From IMG/VR virus record IMGVR_UViG_3300030117_006323, positions 27,171-91,170 of that record: 64,000 nucleotides of DNA. The stretch is one strand, 5' to 3'. The notes below the pieces were generated by a model. It was not told where the DNA came from and made no database searches. It was given only the letters and a program-made list of their open reading frames with translations. Shown piece by piece: positions 58,689-64,000 of the stretch (positions are counted from its first letter, which is position 1; every line of letters begins with the position of its first letter). Origin of the DNA: a virus. Made by a program: the position numbers and the translations under genes.

Positions 58689-58811
58689 CTACTTTTTCTG
58701 GTGGATGACAAATGCCTTTGATTCTGTGAATAAAGAACGATATTTTCCTAAAAATACTCCTAGAAAAAAACCAAACGCCCAAAGGGAGAAAATAAATGTC
58801 CAATTATCCAT
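58689..58811 (-). CDS. 40-aa single-TM microprotein (not in ORF track)
   Basis: Manual translation MDNWTFIFSLWAFGFFLGVFLGKYRSLFTESKAFVIHQKK; starts 1 nt after the preceding stop. Confidence 0.5.
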   Translation of the reverse strand: MDNWTFIFSLWAFGFFLGVFLGKYRSLFTESKAFVIHQKK

Positions 58812-58812
58812 T

Positions 58813-58908
58813 TTATTCGCCACCAAACATCAATTCAGCAAAAATAATTCCTGCTGTATAGCAAAGAAACCACAAAGCAAGAAAAATTGCTATGTGTTCT
58901 GCGTACAA
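58813..58908 (-). CDS. 31-aa single-TM microprotein (not in ORF track)
   Basis: TTG start directly after the preceding stop; MYAEHIAIFLALWFLCYTAGIIFAELMFGGE. Confidence 0.4.
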   Translation of the reverse strand: MYAEHIAIFLALWFLCYTAGIIFAELMFGGE

Positions 58909-59070
58909 TTAGTCATCCCGCCCATAGCGATGACCTTCGTACATATCGTTCACAAAGTCCTCAACCGAAAATTCCAATTCGATTTCGCCGAAACTTCGGA
59001 GAGCAATCCAAGTGTTCAAGCAAAAAATTCCTATCAAACATACAAGCGCAGCAAATACAACCCACATCAT
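58909..59070 (-). CDS. 53-aa N-terminal TM microprotein (not in ORF track)
   Basis: ATGA overlap with the lyase stop; MMWVVFAALVCLIGIFCLNTWIALRSFGEIELEFSVEDFVNDMYEGHRYGRDD. Confidence 0.5.
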   Translation of the reverse strand: MMWVVFAALVCLIGIFCLNTWIALRSFGEIELEFSVEDFVNDMYEGHRYGRDD

Positions 59071-59930
59071 ACCAATAATCCCCCAATAATACCATTAAGG
59101 AAATTAAGAGGGGCTTCTAAATCTGTCAATTTGATATTACAGTCAATATTATTGCTTTCAGCCCATTCAACCAAATCTTCAGTAGCCAAATTACCACCTG
59201 TGTTAGGCATAAACGGGCAGCCACCAAGCCCGCCAATACTAGAATCAAACTCACAAATACCAAAATCATACGCGATTTTTACATTTTCAAACAAACCTGT
59301 GCGCCCTTTGGGGCCTTCATGCAAATGAAGGGCCAAATTTTCAGGAATATAACCACAAATATTCAGAACGTGACGCAAAAGAGCAGGATAAACGCTACCA
59401 ACTGTATCACAAAGAACTACTGTGTTCCCAATAGATGCTGCCTCTTGGACACAAGTAATCAATTTATCATCAGATATAGGGCCTTCAAAGGGACAACCAA
59501 AGGCACAAGACACGTAAACACGGATATTTTCCTTTGGAATGCCCGAAAAAGCAGTTTGTAACATTTCAACGGCTTCAATTCGGCTTTTTCCGAGATTTCT
59601 TCGGTTAAATTCGTCTGAAGGTGAGAAAAAGGCGTTAAAATGGGTCGCACCTGCCGAAATAGCGCGTTTTAGACCCTTTTCATTAGGAATTAAGGCCCCA
59701 AACTCCATTTTTTTGTCAAAAAAAGGTAAAACTTCACGAAAAACGGCTTCAGAGTCTGCCATAGTGGGCACAAAACGTGGATTCACAAAAGAGCCGATTT
59801 CAATTGAATTTAAGCCACTTTTCGCCAATAAACCGATAAAATGGACTTTTTCGGAGGTCGAAAACCGCTTTTTGAGGTTTTGCAGACCGTCACGGGGGCC
59901 CACTTCGTAGATTTTAATGTCCGAAAGCAC
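59067..59930 (-). CDS. hmgL: Hydroxymethylglutaryl-CoA lyase (DRE-TIM family), auxiliary metabolic gene
   Basis: IYEVGPRDGLQN, IEIGSFVNPRFVPTMAD, YVSCAFGCPFEG, LCDTVG, LHLH, DSSIGGLGGCPF, GNLATED. Confidence 0.92.
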   Translation of the reverse strand: MLSDIKIYEVGPRDGLQNLKKRFSTSEKVHFIGLLAKSGLNSIEIGSFVNPRFVPTMADSEAVFREVLPFFDKKMEFGALIPNEKGLKRAISAGATHFNAFFSPSDEFNRRNLGKSRIEAVEMLQTAFSGIPKENIRVYVSCAFGCPFEGPISDDKLITCVQEAASIGNTVVLCDTVGSVYPALLRHVLNICGYIPENLALHLHEGPKGRTGLFENVKIAYDFGICEFDSSIGGLGGCPFMPNTGGNLATEDLVEWAESNNIDCNIKLTDLEAPLNFLNGIIGGLLV

Positions 59931-59954
59931 GATTTAAGGGAGATTGAAGCAGTC

Positions 59955-59960
59955 CATAAG
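59955..59960 (-). promoter_or_regulatory. TATA-like box CTTATG for hmgL
   Basis: 24 nt before the GTG start at 59930, same spacing as other units. Confidence 0.5.
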
Positions 59961-60007
59961 TGTAGAAGTTACATTAACTACATTAAGTGCACTCAGGTAA
60001 ACTAATG

Positions 60008-61456
60008 TCAGAGTCGCCATTCTGTCGCAGAAGGATTAGGGTCGGTGGACGTACCCATGACAGCGTTATAGGCCGGTTGTGCCGTCGGCGGCGTTGGTAG
60101 AGCGTTGGCCTCGGCGTAGGCTGCACGAATGGCATCGGCTTCGGCTTGAGCAGCGGCACGAGTGCGCTCCATTTGGAGAGCGACATCGTAAGCGTTACGA
60201 TAATCTGCTGGACGTTGTATTGGATTAGTTGTCATATCATGACCTGTTAAATCACCTACATTAAATGCACTTTGCCGTAATTTCATGTCAGCAAAGGCGC
60301 TCAAAGGTGCCGGGCGTGTTACACCCGGCATATTTTGTGGTATTTTAACAGCGACATCGCCCCATGGCATAGGTAAAAATCGACCGTACTTGCTTTCATA
60401 GCCTTTAGCCTGACCTGTTTTTGTGTCAAATTGGGTTTGCTTTGATTTTGGTTCCCAACCCGGTCTAACATTTGGTGACAACCGCCCGGGAGCCACATTA
60501 GGTGGCATCCAAGCAGCACCCTCGACCATAGGCCGCAAACTACCAAACTCTGGTTGTGAAAGGTCTCTTGTGTAAGCAAGCGGTGCGAATCTCATGGTTC
60601 TGTGAGAATCAGACATCTCGCCGATACCCTCATGGTCATCAGCCAATTCATCCATTCTGTTTGCCCACAAGTCGCGACCTCGCTTATCCTTTGGCTCAGA
60701 CATAGTTACACCGCGTGGTAAATTTTTACTGTATTTCATGTGAAATGGCCCAGACATTTCATTTCGGGCATGTGACATTAATGAAGTATTTTCTGGCAAT
60801 GCATTTATCACCGAATTCAATAATTTTTCATACATACCTTGTCTTTGGAATTGAGGGTAAGTTGTACCTTGTTCAATATACACTGTGCTCGGTTTTTTGT
60901 CGCTACCGAGCCTTCTTCGTCCGGGTTGGGGTGGCACCACATCAAAATCAGGGTCTGAACTTCCACTAGTCATGACAGAAGATACAGGGCCGTGTTCCGG
61001 GTGCACTAATCTATACAAGCCCTTATCATGCGTCAAATACAGATTATGTGGGTCAGTGATTTTAATTGGCAGTTTTGTGGTTCCACCTCTTTTTGCCCAT
61101 TTACGATGTCGCGGATTTTCTGGCGTTGTCTGCATTAAACCAGATGAAGTATCGAAATCACCTAACGACATTTGCCTCTTGAGCAATCGCCAAGCGAGGT
61201 TCATTGGTTCACTACGAGTAAAGCCTGTTTCTTCGTTGAAAGGTGTGTCCTTGAATGATGGCTTCCCCAGAAGGGTCTGTGTGGCTACTCCTGTCAAAGG
61301 TCGCTTTAATCTCAATGGATGCACCGCACCTGCTATGCCATGTTCAATGGCCTCTTTCCACTCCGGTGAAAGTTCATCTTCATCTATGTCTTGACCGGGA
61401 TGGAGCATTCTATCTTCATCCTTGAGCAATCGCATAGCGAGGTCCATTGGTTCCAT
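60008..61456 (-). CDS. Tagged protein with a GNAT acetyltransferase-like module
   Basis: Tags MEPMDLAMRLLK and SEPMNLAWRLLK; VYIEQGTTYPQFQRQGMYEKLL resembles GNAT motif A. Confidence 0.65.
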   Translation of the reverse strand: MEPMDLAMRLLKDEDRMLHPGQDIDEDELSPEWKEAIEHGIAGAVHPLRLKRPLTGVATQTLLGKPSFKDTPFNEETGFTRSEPMNLAWRLLKRQMSLGDFDTSSGLMQTTPENPRHRKWAKRGGTTKLPIKITDPHNLYLTHDKGLYRLVHPEHGPVSSVMTSGSSDPDFDVVPPQPGRRRLGSDKKPSTVYIEQGTTYPQFQRQGMYEKLLNSVINALPENTSLMSHARNEMSGPFHMKYSKNLPRGVTMSEPKDKRGRDLWANRMDELADDHEGIGEMSDSHRTMRFAPLAYTRDLSQPEFGSLRPMVEGAAWMPPNVAPGRLSPNVRPGWEPKSKQTQFDTKTGQAKGYESKYGRFLPMPWGDVAVKIPQNMPGVTRPAPLSAFADMKLRQSAFNVGDLTGHDMTTNPIQRPADYRNAYDVALQMERTRAAAQAEADAIRAAYAEANALPTPPTAQPAYNAVMGTSTDPNPSATEWRL

Positions 61457-61457
61457 A

Positions 61458-62882
61458 TTACCACTTGACCTTGTCGGCCCAATATGCAGCGCTCATTGGT
61501 CCTCGTTTGATATTTTTCTGATGTCGGGCTTTGAACGATGCACGCTTTTTTGCTCTCTTACCTTTTGGATTATCTTCTGTAACGGTGTCTGCACCTTGTT
61601 CACCGAACCGAATTGTTTTGACCTTACCGCCTGACCTTGCTACAACCACATGTGATTTCTTTGGATGATTTGGTGTGCGCTTTGGTTTGTTGTAACCACT
61701 TACTCCCGCTGCCTTTAGGCGCGGGTCAGGTTTCTTCTCCTTGAGTAACCCCCAAGCAAGGTCCATGGGTTCGCTTTTCATCTGGTATCCACAAGAAGGA
61801 CAAGTTGATAAATTTGTATCTACAGCAGAGCCGCAACCCATGCACATAGTTTGAGTCGGTTGAGTTGTTTGCTGTTTAGGTGCCCCAATAATCCCTAAAG
61901 CAGCAAGTTGGTCAATTTGGGCTTGCACTTCTGGGCTGACTTGAGCAGCCATAAGAGAACGCTGTCTTTCTTCTTCCTCTTGTTGTAAGCGCTGTCTTTC
62001 TTCTGCGTCTTTTGCTTCTTGCTCTAATCGTAGTTTTCTTTCAGGGCTTGTTTCGACAGTTGAAAAACTCCCTAAAGATTCAAGCAATTTCCGCGCAAGT
62101 TGTTCGTAACGAGGCATTCCGCGCTGTGGCCAATTTTTTTTGGGTACTTTAATTCCCAATGATGCCATCGTATCAGGTGTAATAGTGGCTATATCTGCTT
62201 CGTCAATTATTTGGTCTCGGTAAGCGCGTGTTGATATGTCGGGAATATCTGTGGCTTCTTCTGCTGCAAATTGATTACCCATGTCAAATAATCCGGGTAA
62301 CTCATGATGAATACCTCGATTCTCTAACGCTTGAGGCTTTAGGCTATTCTGTGGCATTACTTTGATAGTAGGCCGAGTCCCCTGACCTTTACCTGTCGTA
62401 CTATCCATTCCGCCAACTACACTTTTGACACCAATTTTACCAGTTTCATCTCTTACTAGAACTGGAGTGTATGTGTGCGCTGTTCTTGTTTGCCCACTGT
62501 CATCTTTGTATTCTTGAGGCTCATCTGTGTGTAAAGCCTCCATAATCATGGAAGGATATTCATTAGGGTTTTCTCCCATAGACAAAGCATCGGATAATTC
62601 AGGATGATTACGTAAAGTCAATTCAGCCATAGCCAAAGCCAATTCTTCAGGGGTATTGTTTTCAAACCCTTTAGGCATATCTTGTTTAGGCGCAAATCTT
62701 TCTTCCAGCCGTTTTTCATAATGCCCTCTGTCTGTGGCTTTTGGGTCAACGAATTCAGTGTGCCCCCATCTCATTTCGTCTAGAATATTTTTCAGAGCAT
62801 CATGATATTTCGGGTCACGAAATTGTGCCGGAAAATGATACGCTTTGAGAAGTAAGTCCCAACTTACTTGCAAAGGACTCAA
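61458..62882 (-). CDS. Tagged protein with Zn ribbon and a basic C-terminal module
   Basis: N-terminal SPLQVSWDLLLK; CMGC..CPSC; SEPMDLAWGLLK; then KTIRFGEQG..RASFKARH..SAAYWADKVKW. Confidence 0.65.
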   Translation of the reverse strand: MSPLQVSWDLLLKAYHFPAQFRDPKYHDALKNILDEMRWGHTEFVDPKATDRGHYEKRLEERFAPKQDMPKGFENNTPEELALAMAELTLRNHPELSDALSMGENPNEYPSMIMEALHTDEPQEYKDDSGQTRTAHTYTPVLVRDETGKIGVKSVVGGMDSTTGKGQGTRPTIKVMPQNSLKPQALENRGIHHELPGLFDMGNQFAAEEATDIPDISTRAYRDQIIDEADIATITPDTMASLGIKVPKKNWPQRGMPRYEQLARKLLESLGSFSTVETSPERKLRLEQEAKDAEERQRLQQEEEERQRSLMAAQVSPEVQAQIDQLAALGIIGAPKQQTTQPTQTMCMGCGSAVDTNLSTCPSCGYQMKSEPMDLAWGLLKEKKPDPRLKAAGVSGYNKPKRTPNHPKKSHVVVARSGGKVKTIRFGEQGADTVTEDNPKGKRAKKRASFKARHQKNIKRGPMSAAYWADKVKW

Positions 62883-63194
62883 TTACTCACCACCGGCTGG
62901 GGCCCGTGGTGCTACAACTGGTACTGGATTGTAAAGCGCATGTGTCAATGTGTTTGGTCCACCCGGTGCATCTTCAGCCCGTGGAGCAATAAATGGCTTC
63001 TTTACATCTGGTAATTTTGGCTTTTGGTTTTGGGGTGGGGGCATTTCAGTTGGCTCATCTGGAACTACTGGCCCTAGCCCTCTTTCAGCAGGTGACATTT
63101 GAGCGCCACTCTGAAGATATGAAAAAGCATCCAATTCAGGTCGGTAACGAGCAGAGTCTTTCAAAATCGTCCAAGCGATGTCAAAAGGCTGCAA
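62883..63194 (-). CDS. Tagged small Pro-rich protein
   Basis: N-terminal QPFDIAWTILK; GAGGTG RBS. Confidence 0.6.
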   Translation of the reverse strand: MQPFDIAWTILKDSARYRPELDAFSYLQSGAQMSPAERGLGPVVPDEPTEMPPPQNQKPKLPDVKKPFIAPRAEDAPGGPNTLTHALYNPVPVVAPRAPAGGE

Positions 63195-63203
63195 AATTAC
63201 ACC

Positions 63204-63542
63204 TCAAACTGGGGGGCGACCTTTCGCTGCTCTCCGAGCCATGAATTCATCTAGTTTCCTTTGATTCCTTACATCTTGAGCCATACGGTTCTCTTGAGTG
63301 TCCATGGCTTGCTCAGAGCGTGCTCTGTCTTTTTGCGAAGTACGTACATCCGGGCTTCCACGTTGCCTTTCACCTATGTCTTCGTAAGGCAGAGGAGGCT
63401 GAGGCTCATCTTCCACAGGCATGAAAACCGACGCATCAGGGTCCATTCCCAATTGCCGACCAGCCTCCATTTCGGCTATTTCTGCTGGGGTTGGTTGCCA
63501 ATTTTTCAATAGCGTCCAAGCAACGTCGATTGGAGCGCGCAT
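63204..63542 (-). CDS. Tagged small protein
   Basis: N-terminal APIDVAWTLLK; TTTATG box 23 nt upstream. Confidence 0.6.
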   Translation of the reverse strand: MRAPIDVAWTLLKNWQPTPAEIAEMEAGRQLGMDPDASVFMPVEDEPQPPLPYEDIGERQRGSPDVRTSQKDRARSEQAMDTQENRMAQDVRNQRKLDEFMARRAAKGRPPV

Positions 63543-63565
63543 GATGGGGCGATAAAACGTAGAAC

Positions 63566-63571
63566 CATAAA
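63566..63571 (-). promoter_or_regulatory. TATA-like box TTTATG heading the tagged-gene operon
   Basis: 23 nt before ATG 63542. Confidence 0.5.
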
Positions 63572-63659
63572 TGTGCCGACAACGGGGTTATTTTTTTGCA
63601 AAATTTTGTAACAGCCTTCCAGTCAAAAATTGTCACAGCGCTGTATGTGGCCAAAAGGA

Positions 63660-63735
63660 GCACAAATGTTAGCACAAATGTGTGCCTCCGGCTAAGGGCC
63701 AGCACAAATGTTGGGCACAAATGTCTGGCACAAGT
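63660..63735 (+). repeat. Direct repeats GCACAAATGT x4 plus one degenerate copy
   Basis: Exact copies at 63660, 63672, 63702, 63715; GCACAAGT at 63728. Confidence 0.9.
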
Positions 63736-63790
63736 CCGCAGTCCATCGTTCTATAACCAAAGGGGCGTTTCCATATAGACCGAGGGTCTT

Positions 63791-63940
63791 GCGCATGTGA
63801 TGAGCGTGACGCTACGTAGTAGCGGCACTCTCATGTGCGTGTACAAGCGGGCTGGCTTCAATCACAAACGGTAGCGTGCGTGCAAGTAAGTCGCCACTTG
63901 CATAGGTCAGCGTCACGCTACTGGCTTACTCAAGCCCGGG
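63791..63940 (+). ncRNA. Candidate structured RNA of unknown family
   Basis: Long hairpin 63791-63840 with G-U pairs; nested stems 63848-53/63933-38, 63871-78/63914-21, 63881-87/63896-902. Confidence 0.4.
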
Positions 63941-64000
63941 TGCGACCAGCACAGCACCATGCTACCCGCCTTGATTTTCCGGGTCGGACAGGCCCACCCA

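Noticed and set aside
58591-59328. 245-aa plus-strand ORF
   Set aside because: Antisense to hmgL and three coupled TM microproteins; no recognisable motif
681-63512. Many 60-200 aa plus-strand and alternate-frame ORFs
   Set aside because: Shadows of long, coupled minus-strand genes; only 50367..50648 and 57997..58575 have independent support
43729-63542. Tag repeats as CRISPR repeats, attC sites or DGR template/variable repeats
   Set aside because: Always in frame within ORFs, better conserved as protein than DNA, not palindromic; no integrase or reverse transcriptase in the window
63660-63735. Possible mini-CRISPR array
   Set aside because: Repeats are 10 bp with 2-20 nt gaps, too short; no cas genes
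63596-63778. 60-aa ORF over the repeats
   Set aside because: Translation merely reflects the DNA repeat; no RBS

Overview
The window is a gene-dense, almost entirely minus-strand segment of a tailed dsDNA virus (Caudoviricetes) of archaea. Archaeal GGTGA-type Shine-Dalgarno sites, TATA-like boxes 22-26 nt ahead of start codons and the order terminase - portal - ligase-like protein - prohead protease - MCP suggest a Magrovirus-like virus of Marine Group II/Poseidoniales; that host assignment is inference. Read in transcription order (right to left) it holds: a non-coding end with direct repeats and a probable structured RNA; an accessory block (43.7-63.5 kb) with HMG-CoA lyase, an Arf-like small GTPase beside membrane proteins, an AbrB-like regulator and a TerS candidate; the packaging/head module; and a sheath-less tail module with a -1 frameshifted chaperone, a very short tape-measure protein and a 5681-aa LamG-containing protein. 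No replication genes, tRNAs or CRISPR arrays were seen. The most striking signal is a peptide tag, (S/G)EP(M/F/I)DxAWxLLK, in about 18 copies across 10 otherwise unrelated ORFs. It sits at N-termini and between domains such as an ADP-ribosyltransferase-like and a GNAT-like domain, and its LLK end matches the MCP N-terminal SELLK-A site. This suggests a capsid-loading and protease-release system for modular effector polyproteins.
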